Virus record (IMG/VR): IMGVR_UViG_2706794685_000007
Strand: one strand, 5' to 3'
Length of the DNA stretch: 64,000 nucleotides
Source of the DNA: an uncultured virus (IMG/VR IMGVR_UViG_2706794685_000007)
Taxonomy: Duplodnaviria > Heunggongvirae > Uroviricota > Caudoviricetes
The translations under genes were made by a program, and so were the position numbers. The notes under the pieces were generated by a model. It saw only the letters and a list, made by a program, of their open reading frames with translations, was not told the DNA's origin and did not search any database. Positions 1-8,584 of this stretch are shown one piece after another (the first letter of the stretch is position 1; each line of letters begins with the position of its first letter).

Positions 1-761
1 TTCCTAAGATTAACCAGAGATGTTTTTATTTTATTTAATATACGGATATTTTTAATACCTAAGTCATTTGCTAAGACTTTTAACAAAAGAAAATCAGAAT
101 CAGTTTCATAAAAAACTTTACGTAAGTTCTTCTCAGGCGTAGGATCGTATTTTATTTCGACATCAATTACTTTTTCTCTGTACTCTAAAAACTGTTTTTT
201 TGCAGTTTCATCATGTAAATTATCTTCATTTAAAATTAGAACAACTTTGCAACCTTTTCTTCTTGCTAATTCATCAATAACCCCCATAATTTCTTTAACT
301 TCTAGCGAATTACCTTTTCTTTCAACATCATCAATACAAACCAAATAATTATTAACAAATTTATACTCAAGAGATGACAGCAGGTTATCTGTTTTGAACC
401 CAAAAAAATCGTTCTTTCCGAAATGTATTAAAAATTTTGACAAGGAGTTGTATTTCAACCATCCCCAAAACCCATTTCTATAACGAATCATAGTTCGATC
501 CGTTTCAGATAAAATTAGTTCTTTATATTTCTTTTCATTAATTGGTGTGGCACAATGATAAAGAGCTTTTTTAATATCACCAATAGAGTTAACCCCAAAC
601 AAAGAAACATACGAATATGCATTAAAATCTAATCCTTCAGAATGCTTAGTATAAAAACTATTCCAATAATGAGTTTTACCAACGCCCCAATCTCCTTTTA
701 TGACGGCAACCCGATGATCTGAAACTAGAAAATTTTTTAGAAATGATTCTATCGATTCCAT
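1..761 (-). CDS. KAP-family P-loop NTPase (3' end outside window), candidate phage-exclusion protein
   Basis: Not in the ORF track; manual translation from ATG at 761 gives MESIESFLKNFLVSDHRVAVIKGDWGVGKTHYW (Walker A), YSYVSLFG and VCIDDVER (Walker B); AAAGGA RBS; very AT-rich. Confidence 0.8.
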   Translation of the reverse strand, partial: MESIESFLKNFLVSDHRVAVIKGDWGVGKTHYWNSFYTKHSEGLDFNAYSYVSLFGVNSIGDIKKALYHCATPINEKKYKELILSETDRTMIRYRNGFWGWLKYNSLSKFLIHFGKNDFFGFKTDNLLSSLEYKFVNNYLVCIDDVERKGNSLEVKEIMGVIDELARRKGCKVVLILNEDNLHDETAKKQFLEYREKVIDVEIKYDPTPEKNLRKVFYETDSDFLLLKVLANDLGIKNIRILNKIKTSLVNLR

Positions 762-812
762 TAGTATCAATCCTTTAATTCATATATTGGGCGTAACAAA
801 CGCCCAATATAA

Positions 813-1172
813 TCAACCTTTCTTCATCAACTCTCGTTTGATTTCATCGGTACGCATCGTGACATCGGCAGCTGTGATCGCCTCGTTCAGTTTCACGATG
901 TCCTCGATTTCCTGCGGTGACTTCTCTGCCAGATGGAAAATAGCAGCACGAATCACATCAGAGCGGGTGAATTTCTCGAAGCGAGGGATGAACTTCATCA
1001 TCTCCAGCAGTTCGAAGTATTCGTCCTCCAGTGACATTGTGCGGCTTTTAATTTTCTCTTTGCCACGAGTCGGGCGTCCCTGTGGTCTGACTGGTTGGCG
1101 CAAAGGAGTTGTGTTCTTAGCCGGTGCATCAGGCTCTTTGCGCTTTGCTAGGTCACCCATTTTCATGGACAT
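813..1172 (-). CDS. Small partition partner of ParA (ParG/RHH-like centromere-binding protein)
   Basis: Translationally coupled to parA; basic disordered N-terminus followed by RHH-like RTMSL...TRSDVIRAAI. Confidence 0.6.
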   Translation of the reverse strand: MSMKMGDLAKRKEPDAPAKNTTPLRQPVRPQGRPTRGKEKIKSRTMSLEDEYFELLEMMKFIPRFEKFTRSDVIRAAIFHLAEKSPQEIEDIVKLNEAITAADVTMRTDEIKRELMKKG

Positions 1173-1840
1173 TATTCTTCTTCCTCCAGACTCAACAGAT
1201 AATCTACAAATTCTTCAAACTCGGCTTCCGCCTTTTTGTCGCGCTCGCTACCGGTCATTTCAAAGATAGAACGACCAGACTCTTCCGCATCATCATAGAC
1301 GTTGCGGTTATATAGATTGACTGGCGCAGACTCGATGCCAAACGTCTCAACAATCTCTTTAGCCGCCAGAATGCGAGACACTTGTGATGGCAAAGCCGGG
1401 CACTGGTTCATGACCGCGCGGACCTTCACTTTATCGTTTACATTGCGAACATTGTCGATAATAGGATCGATGTCACGTAAAGATTTCAAATCACGACGCT
1501 TAGGACGCAGCGGGATAATGATAACGTCAGCCATCAGCATCGCTTGTCGCTGAATTTCGGAGTCGAAGCCACCAGCATCTACCACTACAAACTCAGCTCT
1601 ACCCTGAAGCGATTTTAGGTGCTTAATGATGTCATCCTGAACGTATGCAAAAGGAATCAGCTCAAGGTCTTCGTTCTGTCGACGGTCTTCACACCAGCTC
1701 GTTGTCGTGCGCTGAATATCTATATCGGTAATATAAACCTTCTTCTTCTTTTTGACTTTCAGGCAAACGGCAATTTGCTGGGCAACGGTGGATTTGCCAG
1801 GCCCGCCCTTTGTGCCGCCAACCACAAAGATCTTGGTCAT
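1172..1840 (-). CDS. parA: ParA-family partition ATPase (type Ib)
   Basis: Deviant Walker A KGGPGKST, DIDIQ, VVVDAGG; no N-terminal HTH. Confidence 0.92.
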   Translation of the reverse strand: MTKIFVVGGTKGGPGKSTVAQQIAVCLKVKKKKKVYITDIDIQRTTTSWCEDRRQNEDLELIPFAYVQDDIIKHLKSLQGRAEFVVVDAGGFDSEIQRQAMLMADVIIIPLRPKRRDLKSLRDIDPIIDNVRNVNDKVKVRAVMNQCPALPSQVSRILAAKEIVETFGIESAPVNLYNRNVYDDAEESGRSIFEMTGSERDKKAEAEFEEFVDYLLSLEEEE

Positions 1841-2158
1841 TGGAGAGTTCCCTTTGCGTATATAATTATCGTCTGAAACAACTTGTTTTCTTATATGTGA
1901 TATAGCCTAAATGCCTACGGCTGCGGTGTAAAGGTTAAATGGCAGGTTGTGATTAACAATTGGCAAACATAGCTTGTATTTGTCTGTTGAAAAAAGTAAC
2001 AATGACCTCTATATTACAAGTACGGTGATATGCTGTACACAATTTGATAATGCACACGTAATGGGCTATAGCCTTTTAAAGTAATTTTTGAGTCGAAAAC
2101 TCAGTTTGAACAGAGGAGATTGATGGCCTTCCTACATCACGGCCATCAGGAGGAATAC

Positions 2159-2428
2159 ATGTCAGCACTAAAAAAGCAGCGCATCGATTTGAGATTAACC
2201 GATGACGATAAAAGCATCATCGAGGAAGCTGCCGCAATGTCTAACCAGAGCATTACTCAGTTTATGGTTAGCAGTGCATCTGAACGTGCCGTGAAAGTTA
2301 TAGAGCAACACCGTAGACTGGTTCTGAATGAAGAATCCTGGAATCTGGTTATGGACGCTATAAGCAATCCTCCGGCACCGAACGACAAGCTGAAACGAGC
2401 TGCTGATCGTCTGAAAAGCATGGAGTAG
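2159..2428 (+). CDS. ataR: DUF1778/RHH antitoxin, AtaR-like
   Basis: MSALKKQRIDLRLTDDDKSIIEEAA closely resembles E. coli AtaR; GGAGGA RBS upstream of ATG 2159. Confidence 0.88.
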   Translation: MSALKKQRIDLRLTDDDKSIIEEAAAMSNQSITQFMVSSASERAVKVIEQHRRLVLNEESWNLVMDAISNPPAPNDKLKRAADRLKSME

Positions 2429-2435
2429 TTTACTC

Positions 2436-2957
2436 GTGGATAATATAAAGATAGAAATTTTCTCTGGAGAGAAAGATTATGATTTGAATGGTTTTGATTG
2501 CGGTGAAGAATCACTAAATACCTTTTTAACCAACCACTTAAAAAGGCAGCATGAGGGAAAAATTCTTCGCGCTTATGTGCTTTGCACGAAAAAAGGCAGA
2601 CCAAAAGTGTTAGGGTATTACACTTTGTCAGGTAGCTGCTTTGAAAAGGAGTCCTTACCTTCAAGAAGCCAGCAAAAGAAGGTACCTTATCGGAATGTTC
2701 CAAGTGTTACTTTGGGTAGGCTGGCTTTGGACAAGTCCCTTCAAGGTCAAGGATTTGGCTCAATGCTTGTAACACATGCAATGCGCGTTGTGTACAATGC
2801 ATCTCTTGCTGTAGGCATTCATGGACTTTTCGTTGAGGCGTTAAATGACAAAGCCAAGGCGTTTTATAAAAGTTTAGACTTTATCCAGCTGGTTGGTAAC
2901 AACGAGCGTTCTTTGTTCTATCCTACAAAATCTATCGAAAAATTGTTCGAAGAATAA
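2436..2957 (+). CDS. ataT: GNAT acetyltransferase toxin, AtaT-like
   Basis: FDCGEESLN, LGYYTL, VTLGRLALDKSLQGQGFG acetyl-CoA loop; directly downstream of the antitoxin. Confidence 0.88.
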   Translation: MDNIKIEIFSGEKDYDLNGFDCGEESLNTFLTNHLKRQHEGKILRAYVLCTKKGRPKVLGYYTLSGSCFEKESLPSRSQQKKVPYRNVPSVTLGRLALDKSLQGQGFGSMLVTHAMRVVYNASLAVGIHGLFVEALNDKAKAFYKSLDFIQLVGNNERSLFYPTKSIEKLFEE

Positions 2958-2988
2958 TGTACTCCCCTCAAGTGAGGGGAACTTCGCA

Positions 2989-3204
2989 TCACCAACCGCA
3001 AACTCTCTCTCCCATCGTATTGTGAAAAAGGATTTGGCGTTCGGTTTCTTCGGTCATAACATCATTATTGCTGATATAGATAGGCCCAGCTCCATCGCAG
3101 AACAATACGCTGGCGGTTTGTGGTTTAATGACGCACCCACTTATCATACAACTCACGATGAACGGCAGAAGCATCTTTCTGACGTATTTTATTGCTCGTC
3201 TCAT
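2989..3204 (-). CDS. Probable o-spanin (Rz1-like lipoprotein); start may be 3174
   Basis: Lipobox ISGC after a hydrophobic stretch; overlaps the 3' end of the i-spanin gene. Confidence 0.65.
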   Translation of the reverse strand: MRRAIKYVRKMLLPFIVSCMISGCVIKPQTASVLFCDGAGPIYISNNDVMTEETERQILFHNTMGERVCGW

Positions 3205-3376
3205 TCACCACTTCCACTGTGCTTTGAAGTCGTTTTCTGTCTTCCTGTTTTGCCTTCTCTTCCATTGCTCGTCGCGCCGCATTCCCGCCCATCGTGTAAG
3301 CGCCGACAAGAACGAAAAGAACGGCAGCCAGCGTAATCAAAGCAACTTTTAGCTTTGTCATCAGGCTGCCTAGCAT
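3125..3376 (-). CDS. Probable i-spanin (Rz-like)
   Basis: N-terminal TM helix followed by a coiled coil; directly downstream of the endolysin. Confidence 0.65.
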   Translation of the reverse strand: MLGSLMTKLKVALITLAAVLFVLVGAYTMGGNAARRAMEEKAKQEDRKRLQSTVEVVNETSNKIRQKDASAVHRELYDKWVRH

Positions 3377-3377
3377 A

Positions 3378-4070
3378 TTAGACCATCCCTTTCTGGTGTC
3401 TTCTTACCTGCGACCAGGCAATGAATCCTGCCACAACAATAGTGGCAATACCGAAGATGATGCGTACTGTATCCCCACTAGAGATATGACCTTGTGCTTT
3501 ATCCATAGCAGCGGAAACCTGCGGCATAACATCGGCCAGCTGCGCCAGACCAATACCTGCTGTAACAGTTGCGCCTGCTGTTTCTTTAGTTACAGGAACA
3601 GCCTTCACGGTTTTCACCGGCTTAACGACTCCAGCTCGACGCAGACCTTCCTCAATAACTTCTGCCGCATACCAGGTGTTCAGCGTTTTTAGCGGACCTC
3701 GCCCATTCTCATGGCGAATGATTGCCTCAACCAAAGGTCGAAGGATGTCGTAATCATGCAGATCGATGATCATGTCTGCGGTTACACCAACGGCTTTAGA
3801 CACCTCATTAATGTAGGCGTCAGTATTGTTTTCATTCGGCGGTGCCCAACGTTCAATAACTTCACGAATGGTATCGATACTTGAGCCGTCTTTTGCGCGA
3901 CGTTTGTCGTGGTAGGTAATTAGAGTCACCGCCAGCGCACGAATCCCCCAAACAGGGTCTTTAAACGTGCAAAAGCGCGGTTCGTCTGGATTCGCAACCA
4001 GACCTTGCCACGGTGATCCTTTATCAAGATTACCGGGGTTATTATTACGAATGCCTCTCGGAGTCTTCAT
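3378..4070 (-). CDS. Putative endolysin/lysozyme-like protein with C-terminal membrane segment
   Basis: RGIRNNNPGNL, RWAPPNENNT and AIIRHENG motifs of a phage lysozyme-like family; position between holin-like gene and spanins; hydrophobic C-terminus. Confidence 0.7.
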   Translation of the reverse strand: MKTPRGIRNNNPGNLDKGSPWQGLVANPDEPRFCTFKDPVWGIRALAVTLITYHDKRRAKDGSSIDTIREVIERWAPPNENNTDAYINEVSKAVGVTADMIIDLHDYDILRPLVEAIIRHENGRGPLKTLNTWYAAEVIEEGLRRAGVVKPVKTVKAVPVTKETAGATVTAGIGLAQLADVMPQVSAAMDKAQGHISSGDTVRIIFGIATIVVAGFIAWSQVRRHQKGMV

Positions 4071-4083
4071 CCTTGTTCTCCTG

Positions 4084-4340
4084 TTATTGCAGTCCATTTT
4101 TTACGCCATATGCGGCTAATCCTAAAATTAGTGCGGTTATAATAAACGACGTCACTTTAGAAATAATGCCTCCAAAGAAGCCGCTTGAGATCGAATCTAA
4201 CCTATTAAGTAGTTTATCCAGATTGGAATGTTGAATACTGTGTTGAGCCGGAGTCATGTCACCAAAATAGTTTTTCAACTGCTCATGAACCTCATGAACT
4301 ATCTCCTCTCTGATTTCTTTTCCTAATTTACCAACAACTT
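4084..4340 (-). CDS. Putative holin (start hidden in N gap)
   Basis: Frame of the 64-aa ORF stays open up to the gap (VVGKLGKEIREEIVHEVHEQLKNYF...); single C-terminal TM; directly upstream of the endolysin. Confidence 0.5.
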
Positions 4341-4623
4341 NNNNNNNNNNNNNNNNNNNNNNNNNNNNNNNNNNNNNNNNNNNNNNNNNNNNNNNNNNNN
4401 NNNNNNNNNNNNNNNNNNNNNNNNNNNNNNNNNNNNNNNNNNNNNNNNNNNNNNNNNNNNNNNNNNNNNNNNNNNNNNNNNNNNNNNNNNNNNNNNNNNN
4501 NNNNNNNNNNNNNNNNNNNNNNNNNNNNNNNNNNNNNNNNNNNNNNNNNNNNNNNNNNNNNNNNNNNNNNNNNNNNNNNNNNNNNNNNNNNNNNNNNNNN
4601 NNNNNNNNNNNNNNNNNNNNNNN
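4341..4623. other. Undetermined sequence (N gap)
   Basis: Run of N. Confidence 1.
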
Positions 4624-5033
4624 CTATTGTAAGTAAAAACTTGTGAGACTCCACCAACTGTTACTGTAATATTGCTTGCCCTTCCCCCTGCGATGTATAA
4701 ACCCCCAGTGGGCGGTAAACCAGGAACGTAGTGAGCTTGCGTAAGCACGATCCCCACTAAACGACCTAAACCACAGCTCGAAGCACCAGCAATTGTACCT
4801 TGGTTCTTTTCAGCCAATGGCCAATCTGAACCTACAGCCCCCCAGTTTTCGACTTTATCAGGAGGATTCCCTTTATAGTAAGCGGTTGCAATTTTACAGC
4901 CCATAGATCTTCCCACCATTTGACTCATCATAAAAGGTTTACCCAGTCCTAATTTACTACCTGCGGCGCTCATCCATTGTTCGCCCGTTTCGTTCTTGGC
5001 CGAAGAACCGACCCATCCCGATGTTACCCCCAT
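4624..5033 (-). CDS. Tail-fibre tip adhesin with T2/S16 gp38-type N-terminal attachment domain (3' end in gap)
   Basis: GWVGSSAKNETGEQWMSAAGSKLGLGKPFMMSQMVGRS matches the gp38 N-terminal pattern; follows the fibre gene. Confidence 0.8.
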
Positions 5034-5118
5034 ATCATCTCCCCTTCTGAATGCGTGGGGTGAGTATCACCCCCACAATTTAAATTCAGTAGAAACCAGA
5101 AACTCCAACAGCTGTCGT

Positions 5119-8100
5119 TTACTTCTCCCGAAGTTCTTTAATCTCATGACGAAGTGTTTTAAAGCCCTCGACTAACAATGCAATTATGCCGTTGTAGTTA
5201 AGACACAGACGTTTTTCACCAGATATAACGTCTGTGTCTTCAGTTACCAGTTCAGACAATGCTTTTTGTGCATCCTGAGCAATTAAACCAACTGACGTTT
5301 TCCAACTATCATCAGAGAGTTGGATTTCATAAAGATAACCAGTAAGTGCCTCCAAACGATCTAACGCATTATCTAGCTTTACCAGATTACGCTTGTTACG
5401 CTTATCTGAGCGGATCTGAACATCATTAAATGAGCCATTTCCATTTACAGTCAAATTACCTGTTATCGTACCCCCACCGATAGGCAAAGCACCAATTTGA
5501 GCGGCACTTATACTAATATTTTTTGTTCCGTCGAAACTTACTCCATTTATAGTACGTGCTGTTTGTAGCTTAGTTGCTGATGCTGCGTTACCAGATGTAT
5601 TCTGATTTCCTGACGTATTCACACCTGGAAGATTAATGTTTGCGCTACCATCAAATGATACTCCACCTATTGTTCTTGATGTTTTTAATTTAGTAGCTGT
5701 TGCAGCATTACCTGATGTGTTCTGATTTCCAGCTTTGTTAACGCCTGGTAAATCTATATTCGCTGTACCATCAAACGATACCCCCCCTATATTTCTCGCT
5801 GTTTTCAGTTTCGTAGCCGAAACTGCATTTCCATTTGAGGCAAGGGCGCCTATCTCTGAAGCCGTTGGTTTATTTTGAGAACTGTAATTACGACGCCATG
5901 TTGGGCTATAGTTATCGCCGTTGTATGTATAAATAAACTCACTATTAAGAACAGCACCAGATGCACCTCCAGATGTTGAAGGTGTTGTAATGCGTATAGT
6001 GTAATTACTTGTACCGGTTGAAAACACCTCAATAACAGAACCAGCAAGAGGTATAACTCCACATCCCGTTGATGCATTTCCTATATAACAGTTACTACCA
6101 TAAGACCAGCTACAACGTGTGCTCCACTGAGTTGCATCAAATGCCCCTTGTGAATTTAACCATGCGACAAATTGTGCAGTTGTCCACTCTTGAGTATTCC
6201 CCGTAGCAAGATTAGCAACATATTTTGCTGCACCTAGTTGTTTTGGCGTGATGCTTATATTCTTTGAGCCATCAAAACTGACCCCATTTATTTTTCGTGC
6301 CGTTGCAAGTTTTGTCGCCGTTGCAGCATTACCTGACGTGTTCTGATTTCCAGCTTTATTGACACCAGGTAAGTCAATATTTGCAGTGCCATTAAACGAT
6401 ACCCCACCTATTGTTCTTGCCGTTTGCAGTCTCGTTGCGCTCCCTGCATTACCTGTTGTACTCTGATTTCCAACCTTGTTAACGCCTGGTAAGTCAATAT
6501 TTGCAGTGCCGTCAAATAACATTCCACCAATTGAACGAGGTGTTGCTAACTTAGTGGCAGAGGCAGCGTTTCCACTAGTACTCTGAGTTCCTGTTGAGTT
6601 TACACCTGGTAGATTTATATCTGATGAACCATCAAACGGTACTCCGCCAATTTTTCGTGCTGCTTTTAATTTTGTTGCAGTATCGGAATTTCCGTTAAGT
6701 GAGCCTGCAAGACCATTACTAAATGTTTGCTTTGCACTCCATGTATTGGCTGTACTCAATAAAGGTATTTTATCGCCACTTGTTCCATTTTCCTTCAATC
6801 CAAGATACTGAATAATCGCCTGTACACTTGCTTTAGAAAGAATATCTCGACCAACAGAAGTTATTGTTGCTAATCCAGCTGTATCATTCCCTGTAAAATA
6901 AGGAAGTTTATTAGCGGCTGTTGTTAGTCCAGCCAGTGCAGTCAGCGTAGCATCAAGAGGTTGTTTTGTGGCCAACTTGTTCGTCATTGTTGTGGCAAAA
7001 TCGGGATCATCACCCAAAGCCCTTGCCAACTCATTAAGAGTATCAAGCGCTTCAGGTGATGATCCTACAAGACCTGAGATCGCTTCTCTTACATAAGCAG
7101 TTGTGGCAATTTGCGTATTATTAGTGCCTTGAGTCGCCGTTGGTGCCGTTGGTGTGCCAGTAAATGCTGGGCTGTTGATTGCTGCTTTTCTATCAGCAAG
7201 ATCCTTTACACTTTTAACCGCTTTTGTTGTTGCGGCCAATGATTCAGAGGCGTTATTTGTATCGCTACTTAATTGAACCAGCCCTTTTTGTGAAGTTGTC
7301 GCGTCATTTGCAGTATATTTTGATTTAGCAAGATCAAACGCAGCCTTTACTGCTTTTGGTGTTGCTGCAAATTCTTCTGACGAACTGCTCGTCTCACTGC
7401 TTAATTTGACAATACCCTTCATAGTCAAACTGGCATCATGTAATGATATCGCTGACAAAGCTCTTTCTGCTCTAGTAGCAGCTATCTCTGCACGCTCTGC
7501 CGATGCAAGTGCTGATGTTTGGCTTTGCTTTGCTTCTTCTGCTTTAGCCGCAGATTCAGCTGATTTCGATGATGCGTTACTAGCACTAGTTGAGGCTTCA
7601 GCAGACTTTCGGCTAGCTTCATCCTTCGAAGCTCTAGCAGCAGACGCATAAGTTGAAGCCTGATTAGCGGATGTCTTCGCAGACCTTGCCGACTCTCTAG
7701 CCTGATTTGCAGAAGTTGATGCACTGCCAGCACCAGAAGCAGCATTCATTTCAGATAATTTTGCAGCCTCTTTAGAGACCAACGCAGCATTAGCCGAACT
7801 TGTGGCTTCTGTTGCCTTAGTGGAAGCTGTTGATGCAGAAATTGCAGCTGCGTTCTTCGCCTCTAAAGCACTTGTTTCTGATGCTTTAGCACTTGATGCA
7901 CTTTTATTTGCTGCATTTTTAGACGCTGTAGCATCCAACGCACTATTAGATGCCTGAGTAGCCTTACTGCTTGCTAGATTCGCACTCTTCGCCGCAGCCG
8001 ACGCACTGGCCGCAGCCTGTTTTGCTTTATCTCCTGCGGAATTAATTGCGTTAGTATTATTTTCATACCATTCTACGTGCTTATTATGCTCCGCGATAAT

Positions 8101-8490
8101 CTTAGAAAGAGGTTTTACATTAACATTAGTGCCATCTTCTCGCTCAAGAGTAACTTCATCTACGGCAGTTAACCAATTTCGAACTGTTTTTGCATCACCA
8201 GACATTCGTGATAAAAGAGCCGTAAATCTCGCACTAAACTGTGTCAAATCTCCTTCGTAGGTAGTGATGATCCTACATGGTATATCACTTTGCGTTTCAC
8301 CAGTATAGTTTTCAACCAACGTTAAGGTTGTGTCATTTGTTACGCTTTTAATTTCATACAATTTATTATCAGGTGCGACGACAATCATGCCAGGCAACAC
8401 ACCATTGGCCGTAACGTTCCATGCTGTCCCAGCACCAACCAGAGTATTGCTGCCTTGTGTAAATGTGATAGTACCTTCCCTGTACCACAT
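5119..8490 (-). CDS. Long side tail fibre with C-terminal intramolecular chaperone (peptidase S74-like)
   Basis: Ala/Ser-rich coiled coil, KGLVQLSS fibre repeats, many ATKL.TAR.IGGV.FDG.ANI repeats, FNDVQIRSDKRNK cleavage motif. Confidence 0.9.
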   Translation of the reverse strand: MWYREGTITFTQGSNTLVGAGTAWNVTANGVLPGMIVVAPDNKLYEIKSVTNDTTLTLVENYTGETQSDIPCRIITTYEGDLTQFSARFTALLSRMSGDAKTVRNWLTAVDEVTLEREDGTNVNVKPLSKIIAEHNKHVEWYENNTNAINSAGDKAKQAAASASAAAKSANLASSKATQASNSALDATASKNAANKSASSAKASETSALEAKNAAAISASTASTKATEATSSANAALVSKEAAKLSEMNAASGAGSASTSANQARESARSAKTSANQASTYASAARASKDEASRKSAEASTSASNASSKSAESAAKAEEAKQSQTSALASAERAEIAATRAERALSAISLHDASLTMKGIVKLSSETSSSSEEFAATPKAVKAAFDLAKSKYTANDATTSQKGLVQLSSDTNNASESLAATTKAVKSVKDLADRKAAINSPAFTGTPTAPTATQGTNNTQIATTAYVREAISGLVGSSPEALDTLNELARALGDDPDFATTMTNKLATKQPLDATLTALAGLTTAANKLPYFTGNDTAGLATITSVGRDILSKASVQAIIQYLGLKENGTSGDKIPLLSTANTWSAKQTFSNGLAGSLNGNSDTATKLKAARKIGGVPFDGSSDINLPGVNSTGTQSTSGNAASATKLATPRSIGGMLFDGTANIDLPGVNKVGNQSTTGNAGSATRLQTARTIGGVSFNGTANIDLPGVNKAGNQNTSGNAATATKLATARKINGVSFDGSKNISITPKQLGAAKYVANLATGNTQEWTTAQFVAWLNSQGAFDATQWSTRCSWSYGSNCYIGNASTGCGVIPLAGSVIEVFSTGTSNYTIRITTPSTSGGASGAVLNSEFIYTYNGDNYSPTWRRNYSSQNKPTASEIGALASNGNAVSATKLKTARNIGGVSFDGTANIDLPGVNKAGNQNTSGNAATATKLKTSRTIGGVSFDGSANINLPGVNTSGNQNTSGNAASATKLQTARTINGVSFDGTKNISISAAQIGALPIGGGTITGNLTVNGNGSFNDVQIRSDKRNKRNLVKLDNALDRLEALTGYLYEIQLSDDSWKTSVGLIAQDAQKALSELVTEDTDVISGEKRLCLNYNGIIALLVEGFKTLRHEIKELREK

Positions 8491-8584
8491 GTTGAATCTG
8501 CTCCTTTAATCAGGTGGGCTATCCTTGCCCACCATTAAGTATGTAACTACCTATTATTATCGATAAAAATATTTTTTTCCATAA

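Noticed and set aside
4323..5033. 236-aa ORF and other ORFs spanning the first N gap
   Set aside because: Length is an artefact of translating N; the two sides belong to different genes
4341..8490. DGR or invertase-driven tail-fibre switching
   Set aside because: No reverse transcriptase, template repeat, invertase or inverted crossover sites are visible in the window
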